Source: a virus
Lineage: Duplodnaviria > Caudoviricetes
Virus record (IMG/VR): IMGVR_UViG_3300012971_000051
Location: 1-32,998 of that record
DNA: 32,998 bases
Reading direction: 5' to 3' (one strand)
Below, piece after piece: positions 15,561 to 24,458 of the stretch. The position numbers and the translations under genes were made by a program. How positions within the stretch are numbered: the first letter of the stretch is position 1; the number at the start of each line of letters is the position of its first letter. The notes beneath the pieces were generated by a model. It did no database searches. It was not told the DNA's origin and worked only from the letters and a program-made list of their open reading frames with translations.

Positions 15561-17882
15561 ATGCAAGCCGGACGCTACGACCCGGAAAACCTTGTCTTTT
15601 TCGACTTCGAAACGCGGTCGCCAGTGCCGATCCGGCACGGCTCCTACCGCTACGCGGTCGAGGCCGACGCGGTGCTCCTGGCCTACGCGATCGGGCTCGG
15701 CCCGGTGCAGCTGGCCGATCGCGGCGGCGTTGCGCTGCGCTATGCCGATCTGCCGGACGATCTGCGGCAGGCTTTCGAAGATGGCAAGGTGTTCTGCGCC
15801 TGGAACACCGGCTTCGACCGCTGCATCTGGAACTACGCGCTCGGCGATAGCCCCTTCCTGGCCCCTGGGCAGGTCATAGACGCGCGTTCGACGGCACTGG
15901 CCCATAACCTACCAGACGACCTGGAAAACGCATCCACGAGGCTGGGAGGCCCGGGAAAGCGCAAGGAGGGGAAAGCCCTGATCGCCCGCTTCTGCGGCGC
16001 CCAGGCGGTGATGGCTGCCGCCGACCCGGAGGCATGGCGACGGTTTGGCGAGTATGCCAAGCAGGACGTCGAGGAGTTGCGGCGGGTGTTCCGGCTGATG
16101 CTGCCGGCGCTGACCGACTACGACTGGGGTGTCTACCAGGCCAACGAGGCCGTCAATGACAACGGCGCCGGGGTCGATCTTGCCTTCTGCCGGGAGGCGG
16201 CGCGGCTCGCCCACGAGGACACTGCGCGCACCAATGCCCGGCTCGCGGAATTGACCGATGGCGCCATCACCTCGATCCACCAGCATCTGCGCATTGCGCA
16301 ATGGGTTCATGACCGGCTGCCGAGCGCCGAGGCCCGGCTGATCATGTCAATCGTCTACAAGGAGGAATCCGACAGCGAGGACGACGAGGATCTGGTCGAG
16401 AAAATCAAGCTCACGATCGCGCGCGGCGTGGTCGAGCGGCTGCTGGATTATTTACGCGGACCCACCAAGCTTGACACATTGAAAGCAGAAATGGTCGCCG
16501 CGCATCCTGATAAAGGCGGTTCATCCACGGCATTTATTCTGGCGCGAGAAGCCTACATCAGCGCGCGGCGATTGGTGCGTGGGATGAAAAAGCACACCGA
16601 CAGCGCATTGATGGAGGTGCTGGAGCTGCGCGAGTTCGGCGCCTCGGCGGCGCCGAAGAAGTTCAAGGCGATTCTCGATCAGCACGTCGACGGCCGGCTG
16701 TATGGACAGTTCATATTCAACGGCGGCGGCCAGACTGGCCGCTTCAGCGGCCGCGGTGTTCAGCTGCAGAACCTGACCCGCACGGTGCTCGGCAAGGACG
16801 CTTCCGACGATTACGGCTACTGGGAGGATGCGACGGTCGCCCTGATCAGCGATGGCTGCTCGCTCGATGAGCTGGCGGCGCACGGCAATGGCGAGGTGCC
16901 GGCGCGCAAGCTGGCGCTGACGATCCGGCCGGCGTTCGTCGCCAAAGGCAGCCGGACGCTGATCAAGGCCGACTATGCGCAGATCGAGGCGCGGGTGCTG
17001 CCATGGCTGTCGAAATCGCGAGGCGGTGATGAGCTGCTGGATTCGTTCCGCCGCGCCGATGCCGATCCCACGGCGCCGGACCTCTACCGCGTGACTGCCG
17101 CCAGAATGACCGGCAAGAAACCGGAAGAGATCAGCAAGGAGGAACGCCAGAGGGGCAAGGTCGCGGTTCTGGCCTGCGGGTTCGGCGGCGGCCGCAATGC
17201 GCTGCACAGTATGGCAGCGAATTACCGAATGCACTTCACCGATGCCCAGGCGCAAGCGGTGGTCGATGCATGGCGGGCAGCCAACACATGGGCGCCGGCC
17301 TTCTGGGGCGGGCACGGCCGCATAGGCAGCTACGGCTTGTTCGGCGCAGCGCGACAGGCGATCGAGCACCCACAAACACCCATTGTTGTCGGCCGCGTCA
17401 CATTCATCTACGTGCCGCTGCGGCGCGACGGCATGCTGTTGTGCATTCTGCCGTCAGGGCGACCACTGGTCTATCCGTCCTGCAAGATGCGTGACTACGA
17501 CATCACTGACAAAGTGACAGGGCAAATCCTCGAAACCCGGCACGGGCTGACATTTCGCCGGGCCCACGGGATCGTTGCACTCTACGGCGGCCGGTTTGCG
17601 GAGAATATCACTCAAGCCACTGCTGCAGACCTGCTGCGTGAGGCGATCGTACGGCTGGTCAATGAAGGGTTCTCCGTGGTCTCGCACTCACATGACGAGA
17701 TCGTGGTCGAGTGCGAGCGTCACGTCATCGAATGGACGACAGCGGCCATGAAGCGAGCAATGGTGTTCGACAGGCCATGGGCGGCAGGGCTGCCGTTGGC
17801 AGTCGATGTGACCGAGCGGTGGTTCTATTCGGCTAAGAAAGAACCTCCACCGACAACACTAGCGCTTAGAGCTGCCAAGTAA
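15561..17882 (+). CDS. polA: Family A DNA polymerase with 3'-5' exonuclease
   Basis: Exo motifs FDFET, AWNTGFD, YAKQD; TGRFSG...QLQN; motif A DYAQIEAR; motif B RQRGKVAVLACGFG; motif C HSHDE. Confidence 0.95.
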   Translation: MQAGRYDPENLVFFDFETRSPVPIRHGSYRYAVEADAVLLAYAIGLGPVQLADRGGVALRYADLPDDLRQAFEDGKVFCAWNTGFDRCIWNYALGDSPFLAPGQVIDARSTALAHNLPDDLENASTRLGGPGKRKEGKALIARFCGAQAVMAAADPEAWRRFGEYAKQDVEELRRVFRLMLPALTDYDWGVYQANEAVNDNGAGVDLAFCREAARLAHEDTARTNARLAELTDGAITSIHQHLRIAQWVHDRLPSAEARLIMSIVYKEESDSEDDEDLVEKIKLTIARGVVERLLDYLRGPTKLDTLKAEMVAAHPDKGGSSTAFILAREAYISARRLVRGMKKHTDSALMEVLELREFGASAAPKKFKAILDQHVDGRLYGQFIFNGGGQTGRFSGRGVQLQNLTRTVLGKDASDDYGYWEDATVALISDGCSLDELAAHGNGEVPARKLALTIRPAFVAKGSRTLIKADYAQIEARVLPWLSKSRGGDELLDSFRRADADPTAPDLYRVTAARMTGKKPEEISKEERQRGKVAVLACGFGGGRNALHSMAANYRMHFTDAQAQAVVDAWRAANTWAPAFWGGHGRIGSYGLFGAARQAIEHPQTPIVVGRVTFIYVPLRRDGMLLCILPSGRPLVYPSCKMRDYDITDKVTGQILETRHGLTFRRAHGIVALYGGRFAENITQATAADLLREAIVRLVNEGFSVVSHSHDEIVVECERHVIEWTTAAMKRAMVFDRPWAAGLPLAVDVTERWFYSAKKEPPPTTLALRAAK

Positions 17883-18143
17883 AAGCTCTCTATTCACTGA
17901 TCGTTAGTATTGGTCTTGATTATGACCGGTGTCGGACTTAGGCTCGTGGGTTACGTCAATATGCAGAAATAACCCCACCCCCAACCTGTTGGGGTTGGAA
18001 CCGCAACGGAACACAATCCAATGCGTCATAACCCTCATATTGCGTACCGCGCCATGCGAATCACCCCATTTGCGCGCGCCGGACCATTCCGTCCGTAGCA
18101 GAACTCGTTGTTTTTCATCCTCCATCCTGAACGAGGTCCACCC

Positions 18144-19094
18144 ATGGGCAGCGTCCGTCATCTGTTTCCGCAATTGCTGAAAAACGGTTACGTTCCGATT
18201 CCGAACCGGGACAAGGCGTGCTACCTGCCGAAATGGCCGACCATCCTGGTCGATGACGATCAGTGCCGGCGCTGGACCCGGCAGCACCGCTGGCCGGCGA
18301 TCGGATTGCGAGTCCAACCGCCGCTGCTGGTGCTGGATTATGATATTCCCGATACTGATATTCTAAATGCCCTCGAAAACATTACACCCTCCCTGGTCTT
18401 CGATGGTCTGGAACGGCACGGAAACCCACCTAAAACTGCGTTTTTCTTGCGGATGGCCGACAGCGACGAGCCGTTCCACGAAGCCCATACCCGCCGCTAC
18501 ACATTTGCCGGAGTGCCGAAGCCTGTATTCGCCGTGCAGGCTTTCGCGGGCGGCGGTGGCGGCCAGCAGTTCGGCGCGTTCGGTCCACATTCCCATGATG
18601 CCCGCGGGCAGGTGCTGCGAACCTACTCATGGGTCGACGATCGCTCACCCGCCACGGTGCCTCTCGACGAATTGCCGGAACTGACACGCAAGCAGGTGTT
18701 CGCGCTGCTCGACGCCGCCGATGCCGTGCTGGCGAGCTGGCCCGGGCTGGTCGTCGATCCGCAATCGAAACCAGCAGGTGAGGGATTCCAGGCGCCAATC
18801 TACGATCTCACCGAAGACATGTTGTTCCACGATGTCGAAGGCGTGGAATACACCTACGCAGAGCTGATCGAGCAAGCCAAGGCACGCAAGGAGCTGGGGC
18901 AGGAGGAACTGCGGATCACCGGCTCATTCACCAACGATCCGGTGTCGTCCGGATCACCGCGAGCCAAAGTGCACTGGAACAGCAGCACGGGAATTTCGAT
19001 CACTGATTTCAAGACCGGCATCACACACCGGCCGCTGGCCGACACGGAAAACCTGGAAAAAATGCTCAGCGGGCTGGACATTTCGTGGCGATAA
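18144..19094 (+). CDS. Bifunctional primase-polymerase (PrimPol/AEP) domain protein
   Basis: GYVPIP...KWP...AIGLR...LVLDYD...QQFGAFGPH...YSW; SD GAGGT; directly upstream of the D5-type helicase. Confidence 0.75.
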   Translation: MGSVRHLFPQLLKNGYVPIPNRDKACYLPKWPTILVDDDQCRRWTRQHRWPAIGLRVQPPLLVLDYDIPDTDILNALENITPSLVFDGLERHGNPPKTAFFLRMADSDEPFHEAHTRRYTFAGVPKPVFAVQAFAGGGGGQQFGAFGPHSHDARGQVLRTYSWVDDRSPATVPLDELPELTRKQVFALLDAADAVLASWPGLVVDPQSKPAGEGFQAPIYDLTEDMLFHDVEGVEYTYAELIEQAKARKELGQEELRITGSFTNDPVSSGSPRAKVHWNSSTGISITDFKTGITHRPLADTENLEKMLSGLDISWR

Positions 19095-20482
19095 AAATCA
19101 CCAACAACTACCTGCATGCGTGGTTACGCAAGCATCAGCGCGTTTCCGAAAGCTCGCTGGCGGCTACATTCGTCGAATTCGAGAACGAGCTGTGGCGATA
19201 CAACGCAGATGACTATGTGTGGCTGCACTGGGTCGGAACCCACTGGGCGCGGCGGCAGACACCGGAGTTGCTCGATACGACGCGAAAATTCACGGTGACA
19301 CTGACCAATGGATTCCAGAAAGCCACGATCATCACTCACGCCGAAGCTGTCAAGTTTCAAACCCAACGGGCGATCGGATCGATCGAGCGCCTGTGCCGCT
19401 CGATCCCACCATTCCTGGCGCGTGCCGTGCTGTTCGACGCCGACCCGCATCTACTCGGCACACTGGAAGGCACCGTCGATCTGCGCACCGGCGAGATGAA
19501 AGCAGCCGACCCGAACGATCACATCACGGTACTGACCACCGTGGTGCCGGCGCTGCCCGGCACGCCGTGCCCGCGTTGGCAGGCGTTTCTTGACGAGGTC
19601 ACCAACGGCGACCGTGATCTGCAACGGACATTGCAACAATGGGCCGGGATCTCGGCATCCGGGACCACACGTGACCAGAGGATTTTGTTTTTGTACGGGC
19701 CCGGCCGCAACGGCAAAGGTGTGTTCCTGCGCACCATCGCCGGGTTGCTCGGCGAGCACGCTGTCAGCGCGCCGCGCGATCTGTTCATGGCCGGCGGGAT
19801 GGGACATCCGACCGCGCTGGTCGACGTGGTAGCAGCGCGGATGGTGATGGCCAGCGAAATCCCGGAGGGCGCGACCTGGGATGCGGCGCTGATCAAGGAC
19901 ATCACCGGCGGTGACCTCATGCCGGTGCGGCGCATGCGCCAGGATTTCTACCAGGCCGCGCCGCGCTGCACGGTATCGATCTCGGGCAACGCCAAGCCGG
20001 AGCTGAAAACGGTCGACGAAGCGGTACGCGGCCGGTTCCTGGTCGGGACGTTCCCCAACGTCATCCCGGCCGAACGGCGAGTGCCGGACTTCGAGAAGGT
20101 ACTGATCAAAACCGAAGGGCCGGCGATCCTGCGCTGGATCATCGATGGCGCGGTCGACCGGGAGCGGTCCGGCCGGCTCCACGTGGCTAAAATCATCACC
20201 CTCGACACCGAGGATTACTTCGCCGAGGAGAACATCCTCGAAGACTTCATCAACCACCATTTTGAGCGGGTCAATGACGCAGTCGAAAAGCACAACCGAG
20301 ATTTCTGGGTGCCGACAAGCGAGGTTTACATGGCCTGGAGGGGCTATTGTGCCCTGTTTGGACGGGTCCCAGGGGCCAGGAACCCGTTCACAACGGCAAT
20401 GAAAAATGCACGCATAGGTTATATGAGAACTGAGGATGGTCGCTATTTCACAGGGATTCGCAGACGCTTAGGCTCGTATTGA
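19085..20482 (+). CDS. D5/P4-family SF3 replicative helicase
   Basis: D5_N segment (GTVDLRTG, CPRWQAFL); Walker A LYGPGRNGKG; SE, IKDITGGD and GNAKP motifs. Confidence 0.92.
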   Translation: MAIKITNNYLHAWLRKHQRVSESSLAATFVEFENELWRYNADDYVWLHWVGTHWARRQTPELLDTTRKFTVTLTNGFQKATIITHAEAVKFQTQRAIGSIERLCRSIPPFLARAVLFDADPHLLGTLEGTVDLRTGEMKAADPNDHITVLTTVVPALPGTPCPRWQAFLDEVTNGDRDLQRTLQQWAGISASGTTRDQRILFLYGPGRNGKGVFLRTIAGLLGEHAVSAPRDLFMAGGMGHPTALVDVVAARMVMASEIPEGATWDAALIKDITGGDLMPVRRMRQDFYQAAPRCTVSISGNAKPELKTVDEAVRGRFLVGTFPNVIPAERRVPDFEKVLIKTEGPAILRWIIDGAVDRERSGRLHVAKIITLDTEDYFAEENILEDFINHHFERVNDAVEKHNRDFWVPTSEVYMAWRGYCALFGRVPGARNPFTTAMKNARIGYMRTEDGRYFTGIRRRLGSY

Positions 20483-20491
20483 GCTTGCCGG

Positions 20492-20603
20492 CGGTTCATG
20501 ACGCACTGACGGAGATGACGCAGTTTTCTCTCTTATAAGCGTTACGCGCGCGCGGAGCGTTATAAGAGGGAAAAGTGCGTCATGTGCGTCATGAAATGAA
20601 CCG
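20492..20603. repeat. Nested inverted repeats with ATGACGCA iterons; putative replication origin
   Basis: 24-bp arms at 20515-20538 and 20560-20583 (2 mismatches); outer arms TTCATGACGCAC at 20495 and its complement at 20584; directly after the helicase gene. Confidence 0.7.
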
Positions 20604-20672
20604 GTAAAATCGTACCGAATCGACCAGAAATGGCCCGGCGAGGAGAGGGTCGGCCGGTACTGGCCCGGCAGA

Positions 20673-21245
20673 TCAGGGGTCGCGTCGGAGCCAGTCTAGC
20701 GTCGGCGGACCCTTATGGCGTGGGGACAGGATCAGCCAGCAGAAGTCCTGGGTGCCGCCGCCGGGCTTCTTGCCGGCTTTGAGGTAGGCACCTGGAGGCA
20801 TGCTGGGGCGTGGTGTCAGCAGCAGAACCTTTTCGAGTGGGAGGTCCTGAAGCCAGCGTGCGGCGTTGAGGCGTCGCACCAGACAGATCAGCGCGACCTT
20901 GCGGGCTTTCAGATGCAGCGCGTGTTCGGCGAATTCCTGCACCAGATCGAATGGTGGATTGGTGACGATGCTGGTGTTGGCGAACGGACGGGTTCGTTTC
21001 AGGAAGTCGCCGATGGAGAACAGCTGGCGGCCGAGCTTGTGCCGGCCGCGATCGATGATGTCGGCGCCGGCGGTGAGGTAGCCTGCAGTAGATGCTTGAT
21101 GCAGGATGGTGCCCCAGCCGCAGGCGGGATCGTAGATGACGCCGGGAAAGGATTCGGTGGCGAATAGGCGTTCGCTGCACCAGGACGGTTCGATGTACCA
21201 GCCATGGCGTTCTTTGGTGAAGATGTGGGTGTCGCGCGATTTCAT
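20673..21245 (-). CDS. Small N6-adenine DNA methyltransferase
   Basis: IYDPACGWG SAM motif followed by VTNPPF. Confidence 0.85.
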   Translation of the reverse strand: MKSRDTHIFTKERHGWYIEPSWCSERLFATESFPGVIYDPACGWGTILHQASTAGYLTAGADIIDRGRHKLGRQLFSIGDFLKRTRPFANTSIVTNPPFDLVQEFAEHALHLKARKVALICLVRRLNAARWLQDLPLEKVLLLTPRPSMPPGAYLKAGKKPGGGTQDFCWLILSPRHKGPPTLDWLRRDP

Positions 21246-21880
21246 TTCTGCTTTTTGGTCGTGATGGTTTGAAGTGTTTCAATGGTCTTATCGAGATTTT
21301 TCCTGGTTTCGCGTAACGCCTGCAGAGGCAGATCAATCCCTTCGGTATTGTACCCTTCTTCATCCCACCACGTGTAGAGAGCGCGGATGCCATCATGTTT
21401 TTTCTCGAAGGCTTTGATGACCTCTTGCAGGTCGAAGTAGAGTAGTCGTCTTTTTAGGTCAGCAATTTCCTGGTCTTTTTTCAACATGAGAGCTTTCAGT
21501 TTTATAAGTTCATCATTTTCTGTCATTGTATTCTCCATCCACCAAAGGCGATCCGCTTTGGGAGTGCTGATATCAGTGATCAGATAGCCGGTGTTCTGCG
21601 CTGGTCCCTGTCCGCCGAGCCGAGTCCAATTTGTCTGTGGGATGGTTCTGGTTTCCACTCTGCAGGGGACGACGCGCTGATCAGCTTCGGTGCGTGGCGA
21701 GGTGACGTGCGAGGAATTGTGCCCGGCCATGCGCTGTAAGCTGTTGCGCATGTCGTTGGCGGCGCTTTCCCGCGTGATGTTGTGCTTGTTGAGCCAATTG
21801 GCGATGACCTTGCCATTGACGTGGAAACCACGTGGCAGCAGCAGGATTTCCTGACGGGCGATTTCGAGTGTCGAGATCAT
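21242..21880 (-). CDS. Hypothetical protein; second in-frame start with SD at 21526
   Basis: ATGA-coupled at 21880; GGAG-AATACA-ATG at 21526 gives a 94-aa coiled-coil product. Confidence 0.55.
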   Translation of the reverse strand: MISTLEIARQEILLLPRGFHVNGKVIANWLNKHNITRESAANDMRNSLQRMAGHNSSHVTSPRTEADQRVVPCRVETRTIPQTNWTRLGGQGPAQNTGYLITDISTPKADRLWWMENTMTENDELIKLKALMLKKDQEIADLKRRLLYFDLQEVIKAFEKKHDGIRALYTWWDEEGYNTEGIDLPLQALRETRKNLDKTIETLQTITTKKQK

Positions 21881-22998
21881 CGTCGTCTGACTGCATTGGT
21901 AGTGTGCTTGCGCTTGCGGGCTGCGGTCGCCTTGCGTTTTGCTGCTTCCCATTCGGCCCATGAACTCGGTACATCGGGCATCGGTGTCGGTGATGCTTTC
22001 TCATCGAGCAGAAACTTTTCCAGGCTCATGAAGGTGTCAAAGGCTTCGCCCAGCTTCTCGTCGCTGATTGATTGCCGACTATCGGGGTGCAGTGCGCGTC
22101 GGATCTTGTTGAAGGTCTCTTTATCCATTGCCCCGCGCCGGTGCTTGTAGAGCTTGTCGGCCTGTTCGATTTTCTCTCTCCAGTGCGGCAGCACGATCTC
22201 GTCGATGCGGCGGCGGACCTCGTCCTCGACTTTGCCGCGGAAGGCGGCGTCGAGTTTGGCCTGATGCTGGCGGATCGCGCGGTCGAGCTTTTCCTGCGCG
22301 GTTAGTGACATGGACTTGGGATCGATCTCTGGATCGGCCTGGGCTTCGCGTCGGCCTTGCTCACGGGTGGCGGAGAGTTGCACCACGTGTTCGCCGACGC
22401 CGAGCTGATCGGCCACTTCCTTGCGGCTCTTGCCTTCATCGAGGATCAGGCTGGCGGCCAGTTTTTCCTCATCTGGGCTTAGTTTGTGGTTCTTGGAGCG
22501 GCCTTTTGGCCGTCCAGCGCCCTTTGGGTTGGTTGCGGTCTTGTCATGTTTTGATTTGCCATCGACTGGCAAATTAGCGAGATCGATTTGGACAGTCTGA
22601 CGGCTCACATTCATGGCGTCGGCGATGGCTTGCTGTGTCCATTTTTCCTTGATGTAGAGATGTTCAGCGATGCGTTTGCGGTCGTTGGGCGTCAAACCTT
22701 TGCCCCCGGTGTTGGAAGCGATGGCGAGCTGCAGGCGCTTAGTATCGGCCTCGTCGCCCTTGCCGAATTTCAGTTTGACGATCACCGGAGTGATTTTGAG
22801 TTCGGCAGCGATTTTGATCCGGCGATGACCGACGATCACTACGCCGTTCTCGTCGGTGAAGGCGGGGAGGTGCTCGATCCAGCCAGCACGCTTGAGCGAT
22901 TCACGTAGGTCGTCGTCTTTGCCGGTCAGCTTGCGGATGTTCTCGGCAAACCTGCCACCATCGGGGTCGAACAGGCTCTTGCTTGTCGTGTCGGTCAT
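21877..22998 (-). CDS. ParB-like protein with two HTH motifs and a C-terminal J-domain-like HPD motif
   Basis: IVGHRRIKIA (ParB-N); WTQQAIADAMNVSRQTV and SRKEVADQLGVGEHVV (HTH); FNKIRRALHPDSR. Confidence 0.8.
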   Translation of the reverse strand: MTDTTSKSLFDPDGGRFAENIRKLTGKDDDLRESLKRAGWIEHLPAFTDENGVVIVGHRRIKIAAELKITPVIVKLKFGKGDEADTKRLQLAIASNTGGKGLTPNDRKRIAEHLYIKEKWTQQAIADAMNVSRQTVQIDLANLPVDGKSKHDKTATNPKGAGRPKGRSKNHKLSPDEEKLAASLILDEGKSRKEVADQLGVGEHVVQLSATREQGRREAQADPEIDPKSMSLTAQEKLDRAIRQHQAKLDAAFRGKVEDEVRRRIDEIVLPHWREKIEQADKLYKHRRGAMDKETFNKIRRALHPDSRQSISDEKLGEAFDTFMSLEKFLLDEKASPTPMPDVPSSWAEWEAAKRKATAARKRKHTTNAVRRR

Positions 22999-23017
22999 GT
23001 GGTTTCCTTTCGAGTGA

Positions 23018-23039
23018 GCCGGGAGGTTGCCCTCCCGGC
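23018..23039 (-). other. Stable GNRA-capped RNA hairpin between genes
   Basis: GCCGGGAGG-GCAA-CCTCCCGGC on the minus strand; no U-tract. Confidence 0.55.
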
Positions 23040-23048
23040 GGGGAAGAC

Positions 23049-23450
23049 TTATTCGTCGTCTTCCATCTCGGGCGGGACCACTTCGCCCTTGAGCATGTTG
23101 CGACGCTGCTTGCGGGAGGCGTGGTAGCGACGCAGCACGACACCGAGCGCCGAGTTGATGATGGCGAGCTTCTCGGCGGCAACTTCGGTGCTGCCGATCT
23201 CCTTGGCCTTGTCGCGGATGATCATGCAGGCGAAGATGTTGTCGGCAGCCAGCGATCCTTCGACGGCGTGAGAATCATAGACGGCCCGCAGATATTCGCG
23301 GTACTTCGGGTTTTCACCGACGAGGACGCGATGGATATCCTCGATCAAATCGTTGAGCGTGCGCTCCGCTTTCATGAAGCGTTGCCAGTCTTCGATTTTT
23401 TCGGGGAGAGGGGGCGCCTGCTTGAGCTGTGGCGCGTTACGGTTAGCCAT
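23049..23450 (-). CDS. Hypothetical helical protein (133 aa)
   Basis: SD AGGAG; divergent from the cro-like gene. Confidence 0.75.
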   Translation of the reverse strand: MANRNAPQLKQAPPLPEKIEDWQRFMKAERTLNDLIEDIHRVLVGENPKYREYLRAVYDSHAVEGSLAADNIFACMIIRDKAKEIGSTEVAAEKLAIINSALGVVLRRYHASRKQRRNMLKGEVVPPEMEDDE

Positions 23451-23494
23451 TTAGTTCTCCTGTTCTGCAAGACACAATGCTTGCATGGAGGACT

Positions 23495-23523
23495 TTGACA
23501 CAAGAAGCAGGGTTGGGCAACAT
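23495..23523 (+). promoter_or_regulatory. Possible rightward promoter for the cro-like gene
   Basis: TTGACA-N17-CAACAT in the divergent gap; the -10 match is weak. Confidence 0.4.
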
Positions 23524-23547
23524 TTGGGTGACCGGAGGTGAGATAAG

Positions 23548-23772
23548 ATGGATCGAGGTTTGGAGCTGGCGGTGAAGGCCGCAGGGGGGCGGGCGGCGCT
23601 GGCGAGGCGGCTGGGACTGTCGAAGCAGGCAGTGACGCGATGGGCGCGAGTGCCGGCCGGTCGGGTGGTCGCGGTGGCCAAGGTGACTAGGGTGTATGCG
23701 GAGGTGCTGAGGCCCGATCTGTTTGGCGCTGTGGTGCGTCGGGTGCGGCGGGCTAGTAGGGTAGCGGTGTGA
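23548..23772 (+). CDS. Cro/YdaS-like HTH regulator
   Basis: AVKAAGGRAALARRLGLSKQAVTRW..VP...LRPDLF; SD GGAGGTG. Confidence 0.88.
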   Translation: MDRGLELAVKAAGGRAALARRLGLSKQAVTRWARVPAGRVVAVAKVTRVYAEVLRPDLFGAVVRRVRRASRVAV

Positions 23773-23874
23773 GGGGAAAAGTCGCTGTACGGGCTTCCTA
23801 CGGGCGTGGCGGGGCTTTACAGCGAGGGTGGAATGGTCTAGTGGGCGGGAGTGCTCTCCTGATTCGGGGAGCAA

Positions 23875-24405
23875 ATGCGTTTGCGCGGGGAGGCTTTGCT
23901 GGATTGGCTCGTCGCAAGATGCAACCCGATCATGGAACAGCGTGCGTTGCGGCAGATCAGCCGGTGCGGCGCGTGGGGGTTCTCGCCATCGTATTGGGAC
24001 GGACGCGAAACGCGTCGCCGGGCGTTGTATCCCTCGTATCTGTTCGTGAATTCACCCAGGCGGTTCTATCAGCTGCTTTCGGTCGATGGTGTCATCGGCT
24101 TGGTGTCGCGGCGCACCGAGCGGGTGCCGTTTCGCAGCGAGGCGCTGGATACGGCCGTGGAGAAGCTTGCCATGGCGGCTGATGCGGAGGGGCGGGTGCC
24201 GGCGCCGCCGAGAATTCTTAAGTCCAAGTTCAACCGCGGTGATCATGTCTACGTGACGGCTGGGGTGTTTCGTGATCAGCGTGGTGTGTTCGAGACTTTT
24301 CGGGAAGGTCGTTCACAAGTGTCGTTGGCGTCGGGCGCGATGCTGACGCTGGCGGATTCCGATCTCGCTCTGTTGGAGCGGCGCGCGGCGAGCCCCCATA
24401 ACTAG
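23875..24405 (+). CDS. NusG-family transcription antiterminator (NGN + KOW)
   Basis: WLVARC...EQRA, LYPSYLFV, VDGVIGLV, FNRGDHVYVTAGVFRDQRGVF. Confidence 0.82.
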   Translation: MRLRGEALLDWLVARCNPIMEQRALRQISRCGAWGFSPSYWDGRETRRRALYPSYLFVNSPRRFYQLLSVDGVIGLVSRRTERVPFRSEALDTAVEKLAMAADAEGRVPAPPRILKSKFNRGDHVYVTAGVFRDQRGVFETFREGRSQVSLASGAMLTLADSDLALLERRAASPHN

Positions 24406-24458
24406 AACAGCAATGGGCAGACCGGGTGCGTAGGCCCTGGTTTGGGGGAGTGCGAAGC

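Noticed and set aside
17883-18143. Lower-GC gap between polA and the primase with a CCCCAAC/GTTGGGG inverted repeat
   Set aside because: The stem is short, the ORFs are unconvincing and no tRNA or known RNA fold is evident; probably a promoter region.
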